Assembly (NCBI GenBank): GCA_020353155.1
Contig: CP070689.1
Location: 1,038,302 to 1,102,301 of the forward strand
DNA length: 64,000 nucleotides
Source of the DNA: Deltaproteobacteria bacterium
Lineage (GTDB): Bacteria > Desulfobacterota > Syntrophobacteria > BM002
Direction: 5' to 3'
In this document: piece by piece, positions 36,397 through 44,984 of the stretch
Layout: every line of letters starts with the position of its first letter
Position numbering within the stretch: position 1 is the stretch's first letter
Made by a program: the position numbers and the translations under genes
The notes under the pieces: generated by a model
What the model saw: only the letters and a program-made list of their open reading frames with translations
The model's database searches: none
What the model was told of the DNA's origin: nothing

Positions 36397-37620
36397 ATGG
36401 CCCGCAAGTCCACCTATAACATCCTCATGTATTCCCACGACACTTATGGCTTGGGGCATATTCGTCGGACCTTGGCCATTGCCTCCCACTTGCGGACCCC
36501 CAATGTCAATATCCTCATCATCACAGGATCTCCGATAGTTGGCCGATTCTCTTTTCCCCCCCAGATCGATTTTGTTCGTGTCCCTGGCATGATTAAAATG
36601 ACCAATGAAGAATACCTGCCCCTTTCTATCAAAATCAACACTCGGCACGCCCTCAAAATACGTCAGACTATAATTACCAGTACAGCCAAGGCCTTTCAAC
36701 CGCGACTGTTTATCGTGGATAAAGCGCCTTTGGGTCTCAAAAGGGAAATTGTTCCAACCTTGCAGTGGTTTAATCGTTGTCATGGGCATACTAGGACTGT
36801 ACTAGGGCTCAGGGATATCATGGACGACGCCGCAAGTACAAAGAGGGACTGGCAAGAAAAGGGAGTCTATGATGTGCTGGATAAATACTACTCGGAAATC
36901 TGGGTGTATGGCAATCAGGACTTCTACGATCCAATCCGTGAATACGATATCCCAGAAGAGATCAGTGAGAAAATGATCTTTACTGGGTACATACCTCGAG
37001 CGGTGCCTAAAACAGGAGAGGTAAAGGAGGTGAGGAGAGAACAGCGTCTTGAGCGTGACCAAAAACTAGTAGTGGTCACCACTGGAGGCGGCGGAGACGG
37101 CTATGACCATATGGACGCCTATCTCAGAATGCTGGAAAAATGGGGAGAGTCGCCTCCATTTCGAACAGTTATGGTTACGGGACCCTTCATGCCCAAAAAG
37201 AAAAGGATGGAGATTTTCAATAGAGCAAGGCGGCTTAAGGTGCGCACTTACCGGTTCTACAGGCGAATGGAGAGATTAATTGGGGCTGCCGATGTTGTAG
37301 TGTGCATGGGGGGATACAACACGGTTTGTGAGATTCTGAGCCAGGGGAAACCTTCGCTTATCATACCCAGGGAGCAACCCCGTCGGGAGCAGCTAATTAG
37401 AGCTCAAATTTTGTATGAGCACAATCTGGCAGATTTCATTCCTTGGTATCAGGTGGATCCCGATCTATTGCGCAATAAGCTGCTTGCAATGATCGAAAAG
37501 CCAGAAACCTATCATCAAGCGATAAGCAATTTCCGCTTCACAGGTCTAGAAGTAATGAGTCAACGATTGGCCGAGTTTCGCGGCGAGGTTCCCGGGGAGA
37601 AGAAGGTATTACATCTTTAG
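36397..37620 (+). CDS. GT-B glycosyltransferase, COG4671/MurG-like paralog 2
   Basis: ILMYSHDTYGLGHIRRTLAIA N-terminus. TGGGGDG and GGYNT motifs. Confidence 0.65.
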   Translation: MARKSTYNILMYSHDTYGLGHIRRTLAIASHLRTPNVNILIITGSPIVGRFSFPPQIDFVRVPGMIKMTNEEYLPLSIKINTRHALKIRQTIITSTAKAFQPRLFIVDKAPLGLKREIVPTLQWFNRCHGHTRTVLGLRDIMDDAASTKRDWQEKGVYDVLDKYYSEIWVYGNQDFYDPIREYDIPEEISEKMIFTGYIPRAVPKTGEVKEVRREQRLERDQKLVVVTTGGGGDGYDHMDAYLRMLEKWGESPPFRTVMVTGPFMPKKKRMEIFNRARRLKVRTYRFYRRMERLIGAADVVVCMGGYNTVCEILSQGKPSLIIPREQPRREQLIRAQILYEHNLADFIPWYQVDPDLLRNKLLAMIEKPETYHQAISNFRFTGLEVMSQRLAEFRGEVPGEKKVLHL

Positions 37621-37663
37621 CAGTGAAATTTTAATTGTTTATAGATAACAAATTTGTATACAG

Positions 37664-37687
37664 AGTCCGCGGCTGCGGACTTTTTTC
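37664..37687 (+). terminator. Rho-independent terminator candidate
   Basis: AGTCCGC-GGCT-GCGGACT followed by TTTTTC. Confidence 0.6.
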
Positions 37688-37695
37688 ATTGCAGT

Positions 37696-37746
37696 GAAGG
37701 TTTCAGCCCTATGTTTCTTTTTCCTGAAACCTGAAACCTGACACCC
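37696..37746. repeat. word-array hairpin (CCTGAAA type)
   Basis: GAAGGTTTCAG pairs with CCTGAAACCTGAAACCTGACACCC. Confidence 0.6.
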
Positions 37747-37885
37747 GCCTAGACTGGAGATTCACTGCGTGATAATATCGAGGACTGTGCTTTCAATCAT
37801 GGTAAGGCGAGAGTTCGTAAATCCCAAATCCCCATAACGAATTAACTCAGATGCCCCATGTGAGATATGAGAAAGGTTAGGGAAG

Positions 37886-39139
37886 TTGAGCACTGGCACA
37901 AAGACAACTATTGGCTACATCCTCAAGGGTTACCCCCGTATTAGTGAAACCTTTATCTCCAACGAAATCTATTTGCTTGAACAACTCGGTTTCTCACTTC
38001 ATCTTTTTTCCATGCGCGAGCCCCGTGAATCGTTCACTCATGAGAGTGTCAGCCAAATTCGAGCAAGGGTGGACTATCTTCCCTCTTCTCTTTTATTGCC
38101 TTTACCTCGCCTGCTCTACCACAACTTCAAACTGGCTAGACAGCGTCCTGAAGCTTATTCTGAGGCCTTCCGGCTGATGATCACCCGCTTCCGGCGAACC
38201 AGAAAAATCGCCACCATTAAGCATTTGCTCCAGGCAGGCTACCTCGTCCATGCTCTGCTAGGAAATACAGATGTCCGCCACTTGCACGCTCACTTTGCTC
38301 ATTCACCTACATCGGTGGCATTGTTTGCCCACAAACTGTGCGGTCTGCCCTTCAGCTTCAGCGCTCATGCCAAGGATATCTATACTTCCGATCAGCGGCA
38401 GCTCCAGGAGAAAATTGCCCTAGCGAAATTCGTCGTTACCTGCACTGAATACAATCGCCGTTTTCTGCAAGAATTAGCTGTCGATAGGTCCTCTATTCAC
38501 CGAGTCTACCATGGCATTGATGCCGGACTTTTTTCAGGGCCATTTGAGTCTCGTAAGCCTTCACCTCCATATCGGATCCTCAGCATTGCCCGTCTGGTTA
38601 AGAAGAAAGGTCTGCCAACGGTTTTTCACGCCCTGCGCAATCTCCTCGACCAGGGATATGAGCTGCGCTACACTTTAATCGGCGATGGAGAAGAGAGACG
38701 TTCAACCTTGAAACAAATAAGTAGTCTAGGCCTCGAGGCTATTTGCACTTGGTTGGGGACCCAGCCTCACCATAGGGTCATCGATGAGTACAGGAAAGCT
38801 GACCTTTTTGTTTTGGGATGTGAGGTGGCAAGCAACGGTGACCGGGATGGTATTCCCAATGTTTTTCTGGAAAGCATGGCCATGGGAGTACCAGTCTTGG
38901 CCACCCGAGTATCGGCTATCCCGGAACTTGTCGAGGATGGCCGCACTGGACTTCTGGTGGACCCTGGTGAACCCGAGGCAATGGCTCAGTCCATGGTTAA
39001 GTTGTTGTGCGATGCAGAGCTTCGGCATAGGATAATAGACTCGGCGGGCCAACGGGTCAGAGAAGAATTCGATAACCGAAAACTCATCCAGAAGCTGGCA
39101 GAGGTATTTGAAGAGGCAGGACTTAGGCGAGGGGAGTGA
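37886..39139 (+). CDS. glycosyltransferase family 4 (GT1-fold, WcaL-like)
   Basis: C-terminal GIPNVFLESMAMGVPVLATRVSAIPELVEDGRTGLLV (E-x7-E region). TTG start is uncertain. Confidence 0.75.
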   Translation: MSTGTKTTIGYILKGYPRISETFISNEIYLLEQLGFSLHLFSMREPRESFTHESVSQIRARVDYLPSSLLLPLPRLLYHNFKLARQRPEAYSEAFRLMITRFRRTRKIATIKHLLQAGYLVHALLGNTDVRHLHAHFAHSPTSVALFAHKLCGLPFSFSAHAKDIYTSDQRQLQEKIALAKFVVTCTEYNRRFLQELAVDRSSIHRVYHGIDAGLFSGPFESRKPSPPYRILSIARLVKKKGLPTVFHALRNLLDQGYELRYTLIGDGEERRSTLKQISSLGLEAICTWLGTQPHHRVIDEYRKADLFVLGCEVASNGDRDGIPNVFLESMAMGVPVLATRVSAIPELVEDGRTGLLVDPGEPEAMAQSMVKLLCDAELRHRIIDSAGQRVREEFDNRKLIQKLAEVFEEAGLRRGE

Positions 39140-39146
39140 AAGAGTA

Positions 39147-39295
39147 GTTCAAAGTCTCAAGTTCTAGGTTACAAGTTTTCTTAACCCTCCAAAGTTGAAG
39201 ATCAAACTGGTATTGGTCAGATAGACCTGGTGATGAAATTCTGTAGCTGTGCACTGTAATTTTGAACGTTGAACTTTGAACTTGGAACTTGAACC
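39147..39295. repeat. word-array palindrome (CAAGTTC / GAACTTG type) abutting the next start codon
   Basis: GTTCAAAGTCTCAAGTTCTAGGTTACAAGTT pairs with TTGAACGTTGAACTTTGAACTTGGAACTTGAACC. Confidence 0.75.
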
Positions 39296-40426
39296 ATGTC
39301 TCATTCAATGCGTATAGCTTTCTATGCCCCTTTAAAACCGTTGGACCATCCCCATCCTTCCGGTGACCTTGTCATAGGAACAGGTCTCTATCACTTCCTT
39401 GGAGGCAGGGGCCATCAGATAGGCAGAGTAAGCCGCCTCCGGGCTCGTTGGATTTACTGGAAACCTTGGCTCTGGCCCCAGGTTGTGCGAAATCGAAATA
39501 GATCTTTGAAATATTGCCAAACAATGGCAGCTGATCTTTGGCTGACCTATCACAGTTACTACAAAGCACCTGACCTACTCGGTCCTTCCTGCTGCCGCCG
39601 TCTCGGTATACCCTATGTTATCTTTCAAGGCATCTACTCGACCAAGCGGCGGAAGCACTGGACCACTTGGGCTGGATTTGTCCTGAATCGGCAAGCACTC
39701 CTAACTGCGCACCACGTTTTCACCAACAGGAAAGAAGATTTGGTCAACCTGACAAGAATAGTGCCTGAAAAAAGTCTTACCTATGTAGCGCCTGGTATTT
39801 TTACGGAACAGTTCTTTTTTGATTTAGAGTCTCGCAAACAGCTGCGGCGGCAAATGGATATCTCTGACGGATTGGTGGTAGTTACCGCTGCCATGTTCCG
39901 ACCAGGGGTCAAGACCGAGGGGCTTTCTTGGGTTATTCGCTCATGTGGAGAGCTCTTTAGAAAGAATGTTCCTTTGTATCTGCTGATAGCTGGCGATGGA
40001 AAAGAAAGCCCCCGTCTTCGCCAGATGGCAGACCAGTGGCTCCCGGGGCGAGTTCGATTTCTTGGCAAGGTGCCACGAGAGGAAATGCACCGTTTTTACA
40101 GCGCCGGAGATTTATTTGCCTTTCCCGGTATTCGTGAGTCCTTGGGCATGGTGTACTTAGAGGCTCAGTCCTGCGGTTTACCGGTAGTGGCCTTTGCTGA
40201 TGGAGGCGTGCCGGAGGTGGTTGCGGATGAAGTGAGCGGTTATCTGGTGCGGCCCTTCGATGTCAGCGGATTCAATCAGGCTATTGTTCGGCTAGTGGAG
40301 GATTCCGCCATGAGAAGGCAGATGGGAAAAGCTGCGAGCGATTATGTGCGGAGCCGGCACGATCTACGTACGAATTATCGAATCGTGGAGGATATTTTGT
40401 TAGGCCTTGCGCAGGGCAAGGGGTAA
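39296..40426 (+). CDS. glycosyltransferase family 4
   Basis: ESLGMVYLEAQSCGLPVVAFADGGVPEVVADEVSGYLV. Confidence 0.75.
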   Translation: MSHSMRIAFYAPLKPLDHPHPSGDLVIGTGLYHFLGGRGHQIGRVSRLRARWIYWKPWLWPQVVRNRNRSLKYCQTMAADLWLTYHSYYKAPDLLGPSCCRRLGIPYVIFQGIYSTKRRKHWTTWAGFVLNRQALLTAHHVFTNRKEDLVNLTRIVPEKSLTYVAPGIFTEQFFFDLESRKQLRRQMDISDGLVVVTAAMFRPGVKTEGLSWVIRSCGELFRKNVPLYLLIAGDGKESPRLRQMADQWLPGRVRFLGKVPREEMHRFYSAGDLFAFPGIRESLGMVYLEAQSCGLPVVAFADGGVPEVVADEVSGYLVRPFDVSGFNQAIVRLVEDSAMRRQMGKAASDYVRSRHDLRTNYRIVEDILLGLAQGKG

Positions 40427-40494
40427 GAGATCAGATATCAGATGTCTGAAGTCAGGGGTAGAGCTGATCTCTGATCTCCGACTTCTGACCTCTG
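40427..40494 (+). repeat. W2 dispersed hairpin element (CAGAGGT family)
   Basis: GAGATCAGATATCAGATGTCTGAAGTCAGG...AGCTGATCTCTGATCTCCGACTTCTGACCTCTG. Its core is shared with 30260-30320 and, inverted, with 63555-63661. Confidence 0.8.
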
Positions 40495-40553
40495 TGATGG
40501 ACGACTTGACCAGCGGTTAGACGCAGAGATTTAAGGTTTTTGAAGAAAGGAGA

Positions 40554-41156
40554 GTGATCTCAGTGGTTACCCGTTTCGCCCTGCTGCGCCATGCTGAGAC
40601 CGAATGGAACCGAGAAAAACGCATCCAGGGTCAGCAGGATGCCCCCCTGACATCTTACGGGCGACAACAGGCAAAGCGCTGGGGGCTAGCTCTTGGACGC
40701 TATGAATTGGATCATATGATTACCAGCGATCTGGGCAGAGCGAGTCTCACTGGCACCTTGATCAACCTGCATCTGGATCTCCCTCGCTCCGAAGAACCCA
40801 GACTGAGAGAGCAGGACTGGGGTCGCTGGGCAGGTCTCGATTTTCGCAATCTTCTCGGGGTGAGCGAACTCAGAGCACAGGAAAAAATGGGATGGCATTT
40901 CCGTCCTCTTGAGGGTGAGAGTCGTCTGGAAGTCCTTGAGCGTAGCCGCCAGGCATTGGCTGATGCTGCCAATCGCTTGGAGGGTCAACGGGTTCTGGTA
41001 GTCACCCATGGAGGAGTCATTAAATGTCTTGTTTACCGGCTTTCCCATAGAGCTTTCTTGCCGGAAGAACCACCCTTAATAGAACCATACCGATTGCATT
41101 GGCTGAGTTACGATGGTCAGGGTTTTAAAATTGATCGGCTGAATGAAGAAATTTAA
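40554..41156 (+). CDS. histidine phosphatase family protein
   Basis: FALLRHAETEWN (RH catalytic motif) and VVTHGGVIK. GTG start follows GAAAGGAGAG. Confidence 0.75.
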   Translation: MISVVTRFALLRHAETEWNREKRIQGQQDAPLTSYGRQQAKRWGLALGRYELDHMITSDLGRASLTGTLINLHLDLPRSEEPRLREQDWGRWAGLDFRNLLGVSELRAQEKMGWHFRPLEGESRLEVLERSRQALADAANRLEGQRVLVVTHGGVIKCLVYRLSHRAFLPEEPPLIEPYRLHWLSYDGQGFKIDRLNEEI

Positions 41157-41297
41157 GAAAGTGCTCAACCGAGCGGACATTTTGCTTACTCTGTTTTCTA
41201 AGCGAAGGTTGGGGGCATAGATCCCGCCTTGGCAACAAAAGAGGTCCAACTACAGGAGTTTGGTTGCCTTAATCAATCGCCGATTAGAAGGAAGCGG

Positions 41298-42473
41298 ATG
41301 AAGATTGTCCACTACTGTCAACATGTCCTGGGAATCGGCCACTATGTCCGTAGCTTAGAGATTGCTCGAGCTCTTCACCGTCACAAGCTTGTTCTGGTGA
41401 CCGGTGGCCCACCTGTGGAGGTTCAGTTGCCACCTCATGTAAGCGAATACAGGCTGCCGGGATTGCAGATGGATGGAACATTCACAGTTGTTTCCCCAAC
41501 CGATAAAGCCCGCGCCCTGGATGAGGTGAAGGAGGAGCGAAAGATACTTCTCTATTCACTATTTGAAAAAACCGCACCTGAGCTTTTTCTGATTGAGCTC
41601 TACCCCTTCGGGCGTAGTAGTTTTGGCTTTGAGATAGAGCCTGTATTGGAATCAGTTCACCGAGGCGATTTACCGCCGACCAAGATAATCTGCAGCCTGC
41701 GTGATATTCTGGTGGAAAAGAAAAATCAGGAAACTTACGAACAAAGGGTTTTGCATCTCCTCAACAAATATTTTGATGGACTATTGGTGCATGCCGATGA
41801 ATCTCTGGTGACACTGGGCGAGACCTTCGAGAGCATAGATAAAATCAAAATTCCTTTGGCCTACACAGGCTTCGTCACTGCTCGGCCAATGGCAGGTGGA
41901 GGGCAAAAAGTCAGATCTCGCTTAGGCCTAAAAAGGAAAGAAGCCTTAATTGTGGCTAGTGCCGGGGGAGGAAGGGTAGGAGAGGATCTTCTCAGGGCAA
42001 CGGTTGAAGCCTATGCTCGCTTGGTGGGCGAGAGAAGACTACGCCTCTGCGTTTTCACCGGGCCCTTTATGGCAGAAACGAATTTCTCCGCCCTTTCAGA
42101 TCGGGTAGCCTCATTGCCTGGAGTGCAGTTGGAGCGATTCACTGCCGACTTCCTTTCATATTTGGCGGCGGCAGATCTTTCTATAAGTATGGCAGGTTAT
42201 AATACCTGTATGAATATTTTGGCAGCTGGGGTTCCTTCGCTGGTCTTTCCATTTGCTCAGAATAGGGAGCAGAGAATTAGGGCGGAAAGGCTCGCGGCCC
42301 TTGGTGGTTTGAAACTACTGAAGGAAGAGGATCTAGAACCTTCACGTTTAGCAACCCTCATGGCTAAAGTTCTCAATTCAGGAATAAAATCTGTCAAGGT
42401 TCCAATCAACTTGAATGGAGCTCGAGAGACAGCACGGTGGATTGAGCGCTGGCATGAAAGTACAGCCCCATGA
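41298..42473 (+). CDS. GT-B glycosyltransferase, COG4671/MurG-like paralog 3
   Basis: IVHYCQHVLGIGHYVRSLEIA, SAGGGRVG, AGYNT. Start moved to ATG 41298. Confidence 0.65.
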   Translation: MKIVHYCQHVLGIGHYVRSLEIARALHRHKLVLVTGGPPVEVQLPPHVSEYRLPGLQMDGTFTVVSPTDKARALDEVKEERKILLYSLFEKTAPELFLIELYPFGRSSFGFEIEPVLESVHRGDLPPTKIICSLRDILVEKKNQETYEQRVLHLLNKYFDGLLVHADESLVTLGETFESIDKIKIPLAYTGFVTARPMAGGGQKVRSRLGLKRKEALIVASAGGGRVGEDLLRATVEAYARLVGERRLRLCVFTGPFMAETNFSALSDRVASLPGVQLERFTADFLSYLAAADLSISMAGYNTCMNILAAGVPSLVFPFAQNREQRIRAERLAALGGLKLLKEEDLEPSRLATLMAKVLNSGIKSVKVPINLNGARETARWIERWHESTAP

Positions 42474-43294
42474 GCTGGAACGACAATATTCTCCCTTTAT
42501 GGCATAGTGTGCCTTCAGACATCGAGAAGCTTTTGCACAGATGCTTAGAGGAAGCTGCTGCCAAACTCCAAAATGGTAGAAGGGTGTTTGTCTTTTTCAG
42601 GGCAGATGACATTGGAGTGCCTGGAGAAGGCTTTGCCAAACTAGTCAGCCTTTTTCGTAGTCACCGAATTCCATTAACTCTCTCTGTAGTTCCAGCTTGG
42701 CTAACACGACCTCGCTGGCAGGAGTTGCTGACCATTTGTGGTAAAGACCACCGTTTGTGGTGTTGGACTCAGCATGGCTGGCGCCATTTGAATCACGAGC
42801 CTAGAGGAAAGAAGCTGGAGTTTGGCCCAAGTAGAAAAGCTGCCCAAAAGCGAGAGGATCTTTGGTTGGGTTTTCAGCGGCTGAATAAACTTATGGGTGA
42901 AGTTTTCGTTCCCGCCTTTACACCGCCCTGGAACCGATGCGACGAGGAAACACTCACTGCTCTCCAAGGGTTGGGTTACAAGGCCCTTTCCAGAAGCTTG
43001 GGTGTGCAACCACCTGCTCCAGCCTCGCTTCCTGAGTATCCTGTGAGTGTAGACCTTCACACTAGAAAAGAACAAGATGCTGCCTTGGGCTGGCAGAACC
43101 TTTTGAGAGAATTAAGTGCGAATCTGGCTAATGGCCTCTGTGGTATTATGCTTCACCATCAAAGAATGAATTATGCAGCTCTTGGTTTTTTGGATCTGCT
43201 TTTGGATAAGCTCAAGGGTTGGCAGTACGGACGACTTGTCCATCTTGGTACTCTGCTGGAGGAAGATGGTAAACTGCAGGAGGGAAGCTGTTGA
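42470..43294 (+). CDS. polysaccharide-deacetylase-like protein (tentative)
   Basis: FFRADDIG and QHGWRH resemble the NodB-type D-D and H-x-x-x-H motifs. ATGA start/stop overlap with the upstream GT. Confidence 0.4.
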   Translation: MSWNDNILPLWHSVPSDIEKLLHRCLEEAAAKLQNGRRVFVFFRADDIGVPGEGFAKLVSLFRSHRIPLTLSVVPAWLTRPRWQELLTICGKDHRLWCWTQHGWRHLNHEPRGKKLEFGPSRKAAQKREDLWLGFQRLNKLMGEVFVPAFTPPWNRCDEETLTALQGLGYKALSRSLGVQPPAPASLPEYPVSVDLHTRKEQDAALGWQNLLRELSANLANGLCGIMLHHQRMNYAALGFLDLLLDKLKGWQYGRLVHLGTLLEEDGKLQEGSC

Positions 43295-43377
43295 TTCGCT
43301 GTTTCCCCCTTAATCCATTTGTGTTATTTTGAACACCTTTGACTTATCATCTTGAGCAAAGCAGTGGCAAAGGGATC

Positions 43378-44061
43378 ATGTTAAATACATTGGCACATAA
43401 GAAAACAGATATCTCCAGGCAGGTGGTCCTTCCTTTTAAAAAATCTTTGGAAATAAGTTTTCAAAACATCCGGGTTAGGTTTTTTCGCTCTATGATAACT
43501 ACCATGAGTCTGGTGCTGGCTGTTTCATTTCTGAGTTTTGTGTGGGTTGGTACTGATGCAGCCAATGGACTGCTGGCGACGGGAGATCCTGACCTGCATC
43601 AGACTTTATTAAATGCTGGTTATGACCTTGAACCAGGAGCCACCTCCACTGGAAGCAGTGCCAAGGAACGATGGATAGTTATTCTCTCCCTGCTCGTTTG
43701 TGTAGTGGGGATAGTAAATGCCCAACTCATGGCAGTAACGGAACGCTTTCGTGAGATCGGCACTATAAAGTGCCTGGGAGCATTGGACAGTTTTGTCCTA
43801 CGACTTTTTGTTTTGGAAGCAGGGATGCAGGGGTTGGCAGGTGCTGGTCTTGGTTCCCTATTGGGAGGCGTGGCTGCTTTGTTTAGCGGCCTTATACGCT
43901 TCGGATTTTCGGCATGGCAGCATATCTCCTGGATGGCGGTGGTTCAGTCCATTGGTCTGGCTACATTGATAGGCTGCCTTCTGAGCCTGGTGGGCGTCCT
44001 TTATCCAGCCATGGTAGCCGCCCGAATGCAACCAGTGGAAGCCATGAGGGTGGAACAATAA
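43378..44061 (+). CDS. small FtsX-family (MacB/LolC-type) ABC permease with minimal outward loop
   Basis: 4 hydrophobic helices. The loop between TM1 and TM2 is only ~60 aa. ERFREIGTIKCLGA motif. C-terminal MQPVEAMR. Confidence 0.7.
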   Translation: MLNTLAHKKTDISRQVVLPFKKSLEISFQNIRVRFFRSMITTMSLVLAVSFLSFVWVGTDAANGLLATGDPDLHQTLLNAGYDLEPGATSTGSSAKERWIVILSLLVCVVGIVNAQLMAVTERFREIGTIKCLGALDSFVLRLFVLEAGMQGLAGAGLGSLLGGVAALFSGLIRFGFSAWQHISWMAVVQSIGLATLIGCLLSLVGVLYPAMVAARMQPVEAMRVEQ

Positions 44062-44183
44062 GCTGGTTGTCCGGTTATCCAGTTTAGCCGGTTATGCCAG
44101 AGATCCAATCGGACCGGCTAGCCTGATTAAACAGGCTAAACCTAGATAAGGGGAAAAAGGCCAAAATTTAAGGCACAAAAGCC

Positions 44184-44921
44184 ATGAACGAAATGCATAA
44201 CATAGTTCGAGTCTCAGGAGTTACCAAAGTCTTTAAACTGAAAAAGCACAGGGTGGAGGCGCTCCGCGGTGTTAATCTGGAAATTCGTTCCGGTGAGTAC
44301 CTTTCCATTATGGGGCCTTCGGGATCAGGTAAAAGCACACTTTTCAACATGATCGGAGGTCTGGACAAGCCCACCTCGGGGAAGGTTTTTATAGATGAAG
44401 TGGATATCGCCCAACTGGATGCCTACGAATTAGCCTGGCTACGCTGTCGAAAAATTGGCTACATTTTTCAAACATTTAATCTGATTCAGGTTATGACTGC
44501 GCTGGAAAACGTAACTCTGCCGATGATCTTTGGCGGAATGCATAATGATGGGGCGGTAGAAAAAGGTTTAGAGTTATTGGACCTAGTGGGCCTAGGAGAG
44601 CGCTTCAGACACAAACCCTCCGAGCTTTCCGGGGGTCAACAGCAGCGTGTAGCGATTGCCCGGGCCATGGCAAACGACCCAGCCATTATCCTGGCGGATG
44701 AGCCTACAGGAAATCTTGATTTGAGTACAGGCGAAGAGATTATCGAATTGCTTAAAAGGTTGAGTGAAGAGAAAGATGTTACCATCATTTCGGCCACCCA
44801 TGATTTCAAAATGCTCAGCGTCTCAGATCGGGTCGTCTGGATTCGAGATGGCCGGATAGATAAGGTCGAGGAGCGAGAACAGCTATCCATTTCGGTGGGA
44901 GAAATCGCCCACCGCCCTTAG
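44184..44921 (+). CDS. MacB/LolD/FtsE-type ABC ATPase
   Basis: [38 protein letters not shown]. Confidence 0.9.
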   Translation: MNEMHNIVRVSGVTKVFKLKKHRVEALRGVNLEIRSGEYLSIMGPSGSGKSTLFNMIGGLDKPTSGKVFIDEVDIAQLDAYELAWLRCRKIGYIFQTFNLIQVMTALENVTLPMIFGGMHNDGAVEKGLELLDLVGLGERFRHKPSELSGGQQQRVAIARAMANDPAIILADEPTGNLDLSTGEEIIELLKRLSEEKDVTIISATHDFKMLSVSDRVVWIRDGRIDKVEEREQLSISVGEIAHRP

Positions 44922-44984
44922 TTGAGGCAGGAAGCTTAGTCATATCTGACCATCATTTATAGACGGGAGCGATCCCGGATACCA

